This document shows, one piece after another, positions 29,773-38,121 of a DNA stretch of 38,121 nucleotides (position 1 is its first letter; every line of letters begins with the position of its first letter). The notes beneath the pieces were generated by a model. The model was not told where the DNA came from. It worked only from the letters and a program-made list of their open reading frames with translations, and made no database searches. The DNA is from an uncultured Nitrospiraceae bacterium (GTDB taxonomy: Bacteria; Nitrospirota; Thermodesulfovibrionia; Thermodesulfovibrionales; SM23-35): positions 1 through 38,121 of the forward strand of contig CAZXCW010000005.1 in NCBI GenBank assembly GCA_964639385.1. The letters are read 5' to 3'. Position numbers and translations under genes: made by a program.

Positions 29773-31155
29773 ATGAGAAAAACACTTTTCATAAGCCACG
29801 CCACACCAGAAGATAATGATTTAGTGATTTGGTTGACCGCACGTTTGCAACTCTTAGGCTATGATGTTTGGATCGATAAAAATGCCTTACTTGGTGGTGA
29901 AAAATTCTGGGAGGAAATAGATCAAGTAATAAGAAATAAGGCTATTAAGTTTCTACTGGTTTATTCCAGAAACATTTGTATTAACAAAACCCCTGGCCGG
30001 TTAAAGGATGGCATTTATAAAGAATTTAGTCTGGCCGAAAGTGTGAGTAAGCAGGAGTCGTTAAAAGACTTCATTACAGAGTTGAATATAGATAATGCGC
30101 CACATAATCTCTTCATCGGCGCCGATAGACTTACGCAGATTCCTTTTTATGAAAACTGGGCAGAAGGGCTGAAAGCATTACTCAAAAAGTTAGAAAAGGA
30201 TGAAGTTTTTAAATCGGGAGAGAGAACTGTTGCAGGATTTTCTCAGTGGTATGAAAATGAGTACACAACCAAAAAGGGAATCATTCCAAAAAGAGAACTT
30301 TATTACTCAAATTGGTGGCCTATTCCAAAATTGCCGAATCATTTTTATCTATACCGCTTTGAAACAGAAAAGCAAGCTCAGGATGTTTATGAACGCAATC
30401 AAGAATTTCCTATTATCAAGTCAGGCAATATTCTAACCACATTTGATCCTGATCTATCATTGATTCTAAATTATGACGGACAAGAATTTACGATTAAGCC
30501 CAAAGATGTTCATAAAATCAAAATAAGAGATGTTCCTTTGGGTTATGAAAGCTCTGACTTCCCCTCGCATAAGGAGGCTGAAAACTATCTGAAAAGAATT
30601 TTGCATCGAGTCTTCCATCTAATAATGAAAAACAGCGGACTTTTCTGGTATGAGTTAGCGAACAAGAGACAGGCATATTTTTATCCACAAAAGAAGAAAA
30701 TATCTTTCGAATATCCTTTAAGAGAGGAAAGACGAAGGAAGAAACTAAAAGATTTAGTAGGTAGGTATTTGACTCTTGGTAAGTGGCATTTTGCTATATC
30801 ATCTAGGGCGATTACAACACATATTCTTGGATACAGTCTCAAATCACATATTATATTTACTTCCGATGGTTTTAGAGTTTGGGAAGACAAAGATCATCTC
30901 CATACTCACAGGAGAAAAAAAGGCAAGCGTCTTTATAACGATGAGTGGCGTGATATGCTTTTTGCCTTTCTGCATGGATTAAAGAAAAATGGAAAAATTC
31001 AAATACCTTTAAATAAAGAGTTTGTCTTAGAAATGCCCTTGCAAACCGAATTGCTCTGGTCAGATTTTGGATATTTTGATCCAAATGATAAATCTCGCCA
31101 AGAGGTTCTTAATCCATATGAAGAACTGTATGAAGAAGGCTATGAACAAGAATGA
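29773..31155 (+). CDS. TIR-APAZ effector of a SPARTA system
   Basis: TIR LFISHATPEDND...GYDVWID...FWEEI...GIYKEF (candidate catalytic Glu); APAZ YYSNWWPI, WHFAIS, SHIIFTSDG, HRRKKGKRLYNDEWRD; ATGA overlap with the pAgo gene. Confidence 0.92.
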   Translation: MRKTLFISHATPEDNDLVIWLTARLQLLGYDVWIDKNALLGGEKFWEEIDQVIRNKAIKFLLVYSRNICINKTPGRLKDGIYKEFSLAESVSKQESLKDFITELNIDNAPHNLFIGADRLTQIPFYENWAEGLKALLKKLEKDEVFKSGERTVAGFSQWYENEYTTKKGIIPKRELYYSNWWPIPKLPNHFYLYRFETEKQAQDVYERNQEFPIIKSGNILTTFDPDLSLILNYDGQEFTIKPKDVHKIKIRDVPLGYESSDFPSHKEAENYLKRILHRVFHLIMKNSGLFWYELANKRQAYFYPQKKKISFEYPLREERRRKKLKDLVGRYLTLGKWHFAISSRAITTHILGYSLKSHIIFTSDGFRVWEDKDHLHTHRRKKGKRLYNDEWRDMLFAFLHGLKKNGKIQIPLNKEFVLEMPLQTELLWSDFGYFDPNDKSRQEVLNPYEELYEEGYEQE

Positions 31156-32666
31156 GCATCGGTAAGTTGATTCATATCAATGAACCTATTCTTACCTTCG
31201 GGTTTAATCAGAAAGCGATTGACCCAAGAGATGGCATTACATTATTTGGCCCATTTACGAGGGAGAAACAGATAGGACAAGTAAATATTGGGATTATAGG
31301 TTCTCAAAAATTAAGACAACGATTAATAGAATACTTTGGCGAAATACAGAAACCAGTGTTCGGGCCAGAGTCTGAGCTTGCCCGCCCCTATTTCCCAGGT
31401 CTTGAGGCATCATTTAATATCTTTATCAACTTTAATAACATTGTAGAAATTGAAGTCCCACAAAATGAAATTGACCAGTTCTTGCACTATACTGATAGCT
31501 ACCAGAGGGTGCATAATTTAGTAAACTTATACTCTGACAGGTTAATAAAATATGTCCGTGAGGAAGAAGTTCCGATACTTGTGTGGTTTGTCATTATACC
31601 TGATACAATCTATCTTTACGGACGTCCTAAATCAAGAATTCCAAAGTCAAATGAAAACATAAAAGTCGGGTTGAAAAAGAAAGAACAAAGATCAAAGCAG
31701 GACTTCTTATTCTATGAGCTTAATCAACTGCGAGAGGCTTATCAATATGAAGTGAACTTTCACAATCAGCTTAAGGCAAAGCTTCTTAAATACAAAATTG
31801 TTACTCAAATTATTCGTGAAAGTACTATTGCATACAAAGATATTTGGAAAAATAAAAGGTTTGCGCAGGAAGAAGAAAAATTCGACACTGCTAAAGCATG
31901 GAATATCACAACAACATTGTATTACAAAACTGGGGGATTGCCATGGATATTAGGGGATGCGAGGGAAAAAGTATGTTATTTAGGGCTCGTTTTTAAGAAG
32001 CTTGAATCGAGTGAAATAAGTAGAAATACCTGTTGCGCCGCACAAATGTTTCTGAACTCTGGAGATGGAATGGTTTTTCGGGGGAACGTTGGGAAATATT
32101 ACAACCCTAAAACCAAAGAATTCCATTTGTCTGCTGAAGATGCATTCAAGCTCTTATCTAAGTTATTAGAAACTTTTAAAGAAAAAAGTGAAGATAACGA
32201 TTATCCTGACGAGGTATTTATACATGCTAAAACATATTTTGACGGTAAAGAATGGTCAGGCTTTACCAAGGCAGCGGAAGGGAAATCAAATATTTTTGGA
32301 GTGAGAATTAGAGACGATCAAACATTTAAATTATACAGAGACTTTACATTTCCAATTCCACGAGGCTCAACTTTAATTTTGAATGCCAAAAAAGCCTTCC
32401 TCTGGACAAAAGGCTTTATTCCGAGAATTCAGACTGTTATGGGATTAGAAACTCCGAACCCGTTGAGCATAGAAATCAATCGAGGAGAAGCAAGCATAGA
32501 AACAATATGCAAGGATATTTTGGCACTAACAAAATTGAATTATAATGCATGTAACTATGGCGATGGGCTGCCAGTGACATTAAGATTTGCAGATTCTATC
32601 GGAGAAGTTTTGACAGCAGGCCCTGAACCAGAAACAGAAGTTTTACCTTTTAAGCATTATGTTTAG
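31152..32666 (+). CDS. Short prokaryotic Argonaute (MID-PIWI, catalytically inactive), SPARTA
   Basis: 504 aa; DPRDGITLFGP, FHNQLKAKLL..TQIIREST, YYKTGGLPW, CYLGLVFKK, FIHAK (no DEDX tetrad), LALTKLNYN, PVTLRFAD. Confidence 0.93.
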   Translation: MSIGKLIHINEPILTFGFNQKAIDPRDGITLFGPFTREKQIGQVNIGIIGSQKLRQRLIEYFGEIQKPVFGPESELARPYFPGLEASFNIFINFNNIVEIEVPQNEIDQFLHYTDSYQRVHNLVNLYSDRLIKYVREEEVPILVWFVIIPDTIYLYGRPKSRIPKSNENIKVGLKKKEQRSKQDFLFYELNQLREAYQYEVNFHNQLKAKLLKYKIVTQIIRESTIAYKDIWKNKRFAQEEEKFDTAKAWNITTTLYYKTGGLPWILGDAREKVCYLGLVFKKLESSEISRNTCCAAQMFLNSGDGMVFRGNVGKYYNPKTKEFHLSAEDAFKLLSKLLETFKEKSEDNDYPDEVFIHAKTYFDGKEWSGFTKAAEGKSNIFGVRIRDDQTFKLYRDFTFPIPRGSTLILNAKKAFLWTKGFIPRIQTVMGLETPNPLSIEINRGEASIETICKDILALTKLNYNACNYGDGLPVTLRFADSIGEVLTAGPEPETEVLPFKHYV

Positions 32667-32774
32667 GTGATGAGAGTTATTTTTAATTTTTATTTAATAT
32701 GATGGTTCTATTAAATGAGTATCGAAATATCTAATATCACCCTAATTATCGGCGATAGTCGAATGGAGGTCTAA

Positions 32775-34223
32775 ATGAGCAAGGAGGAATATGATATGCG
32801 TGCTACATCGACTGAATATTATCCTATATCAATTGATGAAATAAAACAAAAAATTTCCAAAAGAAATGGGAATGGGAAAAAAAATAATCAACAGAATCAG
32901 CCATTCTTATTTAATGGACATGAAGAATTAGAAAACGTTAAAGAGATAATCAATGACTTCAGAGAGAAAATAACTCGTGTTGATGGCGATATCCCCATAG
33001 AGTTGCCAATAGGAAATGGTGATAGATTTTTATTTATCAGTTACGATCAAAGTATTTATACACATGGCTTCCATAAATATCCTGCAAAATTTTTCCCTGA
33101 ACTTCCAAGATGGCTCATTAGGCGTTACTCAAATGAAGGCAACACAATACTTGACCCATTTTCTGGAAGTGGTACAACAAATGTTGAAGCATTACTGTTA
33201 AGAAGACATTCTGTCGGGATTGATGTTGACCCATTTTCCCGTTTTCTTTCCAAGGTGAAAACAACTCCGTTAGATGAAGATGAACTTAAATATTCACAGA
33301 AAACACTCCTGCGTTCAGTCATCAAATATCATCCAACTAAAATAAAAGAGGCTGATATTCCTGATTTTCCATATAGGGATAATTGGTTTAATAAGGAAAT
33401 TATTTTCGAGTTGGCATATCTTAAGAAAATAATTAATTTTTTAGATGTAAATGACGATGTTAAAGATTTTTTGAAAATTTGTTTTTCGTCAATTATCAGG
33501 TCAGTTTCTAATGCTGATGACAATTGCACAAGGACTGTGATAAGAAAAAAATTAAATAAAAAAGTCTACCCTGCTGATGCACTTAAGAAATTTGTCGAGC
33601 GTTTATTGATTAATGTACCCAAAATGAGTGACTTTTCATCCGTTTGTCCTAATAATGACATAGAAATAGCTTTTCCAACAGATAACGATGCAAGACATAT
33701 TAAATATCCTGATCGGTTTTTTGACTTATGTGTAACTTCTCCTCCCTATGCAAATGCAGTGGATTATCCCAGAACACACCAGCTTGAAGTATACTGGTTA
33801 GAACTTGCAAACGGCTCCCTAACTCCCTTAAAGAAGAAACATGTAGGGACAGAAAGTGTATCCTCTGTAGAATATAAAAATCTTTGTTTGACTGGTGTAA
33901 ACAGTGCAGATAGAATAATTACTAAAATTTTCAAAAAGGATCAAAGAAGAGCCTACATAGCATACAAATATTTAAAAGATATGGAATCTAATCTAAAAGA
34001 GGTCTATCGGGTGCTTAAAAAAGGTGGCCGATATATAGTAGTAGTTGGAAACAACAAAATTAGAAATGAATTATTTGAGACATGGAAATATCTGATGGAG
34101 ATGTCAGAAAATATCGGCTATCGCATAGAAAATTATTTTGGTTCAGAAATTATTAGGCATTTTATAAAAGTTCCTCGTGAAGAAAGAATAAATACTGACT
34201 GGATAATTATATTTAGAAAATGA
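32775..34223 (+). CDS. DNA amino-methyltransferase (SPPY type, probably m4C)
   Basis: THGFHKYPAKF, motif I DPFSGSGTT, motif IV VTSPPY, VYRVLKKGG. Confidence 0.9.
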   Translation: MSKEEYDMRATSTEYYPISIDEIKQKISKRNGNGKKNNQQNQPFLFNGHEELENVKEIINDFREKITRVDGDIPIELPIGNGDRFLFISYDQSIYTHGFHKYPAKFFPELPRWLIRRYSNEGNTILDPFSGSGTTNVEALLLRRHSVGIDVDPFSRFLSKVKTTPLDEDELKYSQKTLLRSVIKYHPTKIKEADIPDFPYRDNWFNKEIIFELAYLKKIINFLDVNDDVKDFLKICFSSIIRSVSNADDNCTRTVIRKKLNKKVYPADALKKFVERLLINVPKMSDFSSVCPNNDIEIAFPTDNDARHIKYPDRFFDLCVTSPPYANAVDYPRTHQLEVYWLELANGSLTPLKKKHVGTESVSSVEYKNLCLTGVNSADRIITKIFKKDQRRAYIAYKYLKDMESNLKEVYRVLKKGGRYIVVVGNNKIRNELFETWKYLMEMSENIGYRIENYFGSEIIRHFIKVPREERINTDWIIIFRK

Positions 34224-34241
34224 CAACAGGGGAATACAACA

Positions 34242-34736
34242 ATGGATAATCGTGAAGATTTAGGGAGGCAGGCATCTGTTGAAGGTTTTGCAAATGAACA
34301 TATAGTTGTTGGCATTTTAATGAAAAAATATCAAAATGTTTCTCTAGTTGATCTTCCGTTATCTCCTTACGACATTGTTATTGTTTTTAAAGAACGGAAC
34401 GGAACAGAAAATATTATTCGCGCCCAAGTTAAAACTGCTACTAAAAGTATTAAGTTTACGGGTGGAACGAGAGGCGGCGTAGATAGATACTATAAGTCTG
34501 GTGTTAAGGAATATACGCAATCACCAAAAACCTCAGATGTAATTATTGGTCTACATTCCATAGGCAAAGACTCTTTTGAACTGTTTTTTGTTCCCACAAT
34601 TGTAGTCGAGCGCTTATCACAGAAAAGTATTTCTCTAAACAGAATAAAAGCTTTAAAGAATAACTACGACATCTTAGAAAATTGTAAAAACGAGAATTAC
34701 GTAATTACTAAATGTAAAGAATATGGAATTATCTAA
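34242..34736 (+). CDS. PD-(D/E)XK nuclease, putative cognate restriction endonuclease
   Basis: GFANE...SPYDIVI...RAQVKTA; 18 bp downstream of the methyltransferase. Confidence 0.7.
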   Translation: MDNREDLGRQASVEGFANEHIVVGILMKKYQNVSLVDLPLSPYDIVIVFKERNGTENIIRAQVKTATKSIKFTGGTRGGVDRYYKSGVKEYTQSPKTSDVIIGLHSIGKDSFELFFVPTIVVERLSQKSISLNRIKALKNNYDILENCKNENYVITKCKEYGII

Positions 34737-34782
34737 TTTGAGGAACGGGAATAAGGGGACGTTCTTGATTAAATGAACTAAA

Positions 34783-34806
34783 AGGTTGCCAAAGAGGTTG
34801 CCAAAG
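34783..34806. repeat. 12-bp tandem duplication
   Basis: AGGTTGCCAAAG occurs twice at the right edge of the defence island. Confidence 0.8.
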
Positions 34807-34925
34807 GGACACTTCCCATATATTTACCACTTTCTTTTGTGAATAGAAACGTTGAAAATGCAGAGGCTTAAGCACAAAAATCCAAAAGCGAAGAAATCAG
34901 AAGACAAATAAAAAATAGTAGTATA

Positions 34926-36878
34926 TTAACGCTTGCCCCGGATAATCGGCTTTTGCGAGAGCGAATCCAGTATTTCGATAAGCCGCGGTCTTCTCCGGTT
35001 CCCTTCCTTCAGCCTTTGTAGATACGTGTCCCATTCGCTTGTTCTGCCATGTTCTGTAAGTGTCTTCTGAGCCTTCCGTAGATACTTAGCCCCTTCACTA
35101 TAAGCAGTCACATTGGCCACAGAAATACGGTTTTCGGATAATTCTTTCCAAATCATTACAGCCTTATCAGGATATTTGTGCGCAATCGCTGTAGCTATCC
35201 TGTCTTTCAGATTTTCTCCCATCCAGTTTTTTCCCTTTTGTTTATGAACATTGAACCAGTCCAGCACGTCATCAACTCTTTTTTCATGGATAGCAATATC
35301 TATCAAAACATCGGTAAGTGGTGGCTTCCTAAACCGAGTACTATCAGCCCTCTCAATTCCTGTATCAGGCAGAGGCCATTCATTGCTACCTTTCCTGGGA
35401 TGCTTCCCGGTCTTGAGAAAATGCAGAATCGCTTCTCTTACCTGAGGCCAGACCTTTGCCCTTTCAGAGGCTTTTTGGAGTTCCTCGAATGTTTTCAGAC
35501 AAGGGTTTTCGAAGAACCCATCTGCACAAAGCGCTGCAACAAACGGCAAATCCCTTTTGAGATTTCGGATAGTCAGCAACTCTTTCTTCAGAAAGCCGGC
35601 AATGCCGGGCCACTTATTATTCGTTGCCGATATTCCCCTGCGAATCCATTCCTCTGCCTCTGCAGTACGTCCGGCCATTCGAAGCCTTTTTACCAAACGC
35701 TCATAGCTGTAAGTCTTTTCTGCTTCCTTTAAACACAAAGGAATAACTTCTTCCTCCCGGCCCGCATTCTCCAAAGCCCAGATGATTTTGTCCGTTAATC
35801 GGTCACGCCGGTAATTGCGTGAAAAAGAATCCTCATGCTCTTCGCTCTTTATATCGTTCAACCTGCTTAGGAGACGATCTGCAAGAGAATCCCAGTCTTT
35901 TCTGCTGAACCTCCGTTTCCAAAACTCCTCCAGACCGTAACCGAGATCGTATTCATCACGCAGCTCTAAGTCCACAGCCCATTGCATCTTATCGACATCA
36001 GACAGTGAGCATACCCCCAAGGCTTTAAAGACGATCGTCATCGATTGAGCCACTTCATCGGCAGTTTCCCCTTCATCATGCGATTGCTCAACTTGTGTCA
36101 TCCCGGCGGAGAAGAGCTTCTCACCCACCTGGACTACCTCATCGGCATGCCCTTCATCAAACAGCTTTTGAAGACCGCTCCGTACGCGCGAATAGTCGGG
36201 GATATAGCCTCTGTAGTCCCAGTGATTTCGCCAGCCCGGCTCTCTGCTTACCCTTTCGATTTCCCTTTCGACTGTTTTTACTATGACTGATGGCTTGCAA
36301 CTCTTTATCCGTGCTTTGCAGTCCAATTCCCCGTTGATCTCAGGATGCCGCAAAAGAATAGCCGTAATCAAATCAATTAGTTCATTTTTGGTTTGGCGTT
36401 GAAGGTAGTTGCCAAGCTTGGTATCGGCTGATGCTCTTTCAGATTCCGCGAAGGATTCGTCATTACCTTCGGTTTCATCATCAAGCATATCATTATTATC
36501 TTCTTCATCAGGGTATGCGGTTCTTCCTTGTCTGATCAAAACCAGGCGATTATCGTTCTCGTCTATTATGGGCGCGTTCCTGCCGTTTTCAAGACAATCG
36601 AGATGTTCAAGAATAACTGCTACCGCATGCTTGCATGCTGAATGGTATGGACAAGTGCAGATTGAAGAAAGCACTCCTTCATCAAGTGAGACTTTGGTCG
36701 CATAGGTGGTCGATCCCTCGACCCATGCAACAAGCTCTCCCGACCTGGTAATCGCCAACTCTCTGACGGATTTGCTTCGTTGATACGACTTTCCTCTTGA
36801 CACGATTTTCAAACCTGCCCAAGACTCCAGGTCGAACCATGAAAGGTTCTCAAAATCCTTCTTTGCTTGTCTTCTCAT
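34926..36878 (-). CDS. SWIM zinc-finger domain protein
   Basis: RGKSYQR, VEGSTTY, CTCPYHSACKHAVAV, helical C-terminus ending RRRPRLIEIL. Confidence 0.85.
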   Translation of the reverse strand: MRRQAKKDFENLSWFDLESWAGLKIVSRGKSYQRSKSVRELAITRSGELVAWVEGSTTYATKVSLDEGVLSSICTCPYHSACKHAVAVILEHLDCLENGRNAPIIDENDNRLVLIRQGRTAYPDEEDNNDMLDDETEGNDESFAESERASADTKLGNYLQRQTKNELIDLITAILLRHPEINGELDCKARIKSCKPSVIVKTVEREIERVSREPGWRNHWDYRGYIPDYSRVRSGLQKLFDEGHADEVVQVGEKLFSAGMTQVEQSHDEGETADEVAQSMTIVFKALGVCSLSDVDKMQWAVDLELRDEYDLGYGLEEFWKRRFSRKDWDSLADRLLSRLNDIKSEEHEDSFSRNYRRDRLTDKIIWALENAGREEEVIPLCLKEAEKTYSYERLVKRLRMAGRTAEAEEWIRRGISATNNKWPGIAGFLKKELLTIRNLKRDLPFVAALCADGFFENPCLKTFEELQKASERAKVWPQVREAILHFLKTGKHPRKGSNEWPLPDTGIERADSTRFRKPPLTDVLIDIAIHEKRVDDVLDWFNVHKQKGKNWMGENLKDRIATAIAHKYPDKAVMIWKELSENRISVANVTAYSEGAKYLRKAQKTLTEHGRTSEWDTYLQRLKEGNRRRPRLIEILDSLSQKPIIRGKR

Positions 36879-36952
36879 TTCCTATGCAGCCTCTTATGAC
36901 ATGATATAATCCATCAGAACAGTTTTGTGCGTATATCAGTCTGTCCCTACTT

Positions 36953-37945
36953 TCAGATGTGGAACTCAACGATATCTCTATCTTTTAAAACATAGTTTTT
37001 TTCTACCCTTTGACCATCAAATTTAGCAGAACCCCATATCCTTGCATATTTCAGATTAGGTATGAAATCTTTGTGTATAGATTCCGCAAGATCCAGCACC
37101 GTAGAGCCTGATGGTATCGTAAACGGCGTCGAAAGATCTGGCTCTTTTCCAGGAGGCTTGGAGTAAACCCTTATGATGCCTGAAACATCAAATATCGCCC
37201 TTTTCAGTTCCTCAAGATTTTCTTTTTTGAGAGCAGATATGGAAATACAAGGGCAAAGATGCCCATACTGTTCCTTGAGTCTGAAAAAGTTATTTTCTGT
37301 TGCAGGACAATCATTTTTATTTGAAACAAGAAGGGCTTTTTTGAATACACCGATAGAAGACCCTGATTCCAAAAATTGAGACTTAACAATATATATCCTC
37401 CATCGTCCCAGTTGTTCAATAAAAAGCTCTGCCTGGGTCTCAAGGTCTTCGGTACTATCCAAGACAAGAAGAAGGGCATCAGCTATCCTGAGAATGCCTG
37501 ATACCCATCCATCTGTTGATTCGTTCCCAACAGGTGGTAGATCCACAAGCTGAATCTGAATATCCTCAAAAGGCATCATACCTGGCAGTGGCGTTACCGT
37601 GGATATAGGATATTCAGCCACGACAGGTATAGCATTTGTCAGACTTGCAAGCAGTGAAGACTTCCCTGAATTTGGAAATCCCACAAGCGCAATCTGGGCA
37701 GCCCCTTCTTTCTGAATTACATAAAGATCCCCTCTGCCACCCTTCTTTGACCTTCTAAATGCCTCTGCCTCTTTTTTTAGCTGAGAGAGCTTCCTCCTTA
37801 GATCACCTCTTAGCCTATCCGTCCCTTTGTGTTTGGGAACTGTGGCTATTAATTCTTCAAGGGCAAAAATTTTCTCTGCAGGGGTTGAAGCCTGTCTAAA
37901 TCTCCTATCAGCTTCAAAATACTCTGGTGGAAGATTGGCTGGCAT
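36953..37945 (-). CDS. DRG/Obg-like GTPase with TGS domain
   Basis: MPANLPPEY, PKHKGT, G1 GFPNSGKS, DLPP, NKND, TGS GSTVLDLAESIH...ARIWG...DIVEFH. Confidence 0.88.
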   Translation of the reverse strand: MPANLPPEYFEADRRFRQASTPAEKIFALEELIATVPKHKGTDRLRGDLRRKLSQLKKEAEAFRRSKKGGRGDLYVIQKEGAAQIALVGFPNSGKSSLLASLTNAIPVVAEYPISTVTPLPGMMPFEDIQIQLVDLPPVGNESTDGWVSGILRIADALLLVLDSTEDLETQAELFIEQLGRWRIYIVKSQFLESGSSIGVFKKALLVSNKNDCPATENNFFRLKEQYGHLCPCISISALKKENLEELKRAIFDVSGIIRVYSKPPGKEPDLSTPFTIPSGSTVLDLAESIHKDFIPNLKYARIWGSAKFDGQRVEKNYVLKDRDIVEFHI

Positions 37946-37985
37946 AATAAAATTTTAACATAACTGGAAGCCCCTCAAAGAAATG

Positions 37986-38088
37986 ATAATAACCAATAAC
38001 CAAATCCCAAACATCAAATAAATTCCAATCACCAAACAGTTTGAGGTTTGGAATTTGGTCATTGGTTATTATTTGGTTATTGGAATTT
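37986..38088. repeat. Interleaved inverted repeats built from degenerate 7-mers
   Basis: 33-bp arms 37986-38018 / 38040-38072 (3 mismatches) and 17-bp arms 38020-38036 / 38072-38088 (1 mismatch). Confidence 0.75.
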
Positions 38089-38121
38089 GATAAATGGTTA
38101 TTGACTTAACCCAGATAATGC

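Noticed and set aside
35178-35732. 184-aa plus-strand ORF
   Set aside because: Antisense to the SWIM protein gene; no recognisable motifs.
37986-38090. CRISPR array
   Set aside because: The repeats are inverted degenerate heptamers without unique spacers, and there are no cas genes.

Overview
This is a bacterial chromosomal window from an anaerobe; the gene content suggests a Nitrospirota/Desulfobacterota-like organism, which is inference only. Left to right it holds: (1) the start of a response regulator, a cytoplasmic multi-PAS/GAF kinase with a Cys-rich N-terminus, and tusA; (2) an hdrA-mvhD-mvhG-mvhA cluster with no hdrBC, containing a MITE-like insertion and a REP-like palindrome; (3) accessory genes, including a photolyase remnant and an arsenite methyltransferase whose in-frame TGA sits at a conserved Cys position with a SECIS-like hairpin (probable selenoprotein); (4) a probable RiPP signalling locus: an unannotated 33-aa Cys-Cys precursor, rSAM/SPASM maturase, TonB-dependent receptor and half-MFS, with a divergent periplasmic binding protein and HisKA_3 kinase; (5) toxin-antitoxin modules around comM and gyrA, with two toxins broken by short tandem duplications; (6) a defence island in which a LexA-like repressor with a candidate self-operator heads a co-oriented GIY-YIG, TIR-APAZ, short pAgo (SPARTA), DNA methyltransferase and PD-(D/E)XK nuclease run; (7) a SWIM protein, a TGS GTPase and a nested inverted repeat. 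All family calls come from motif recognition, not database searches.
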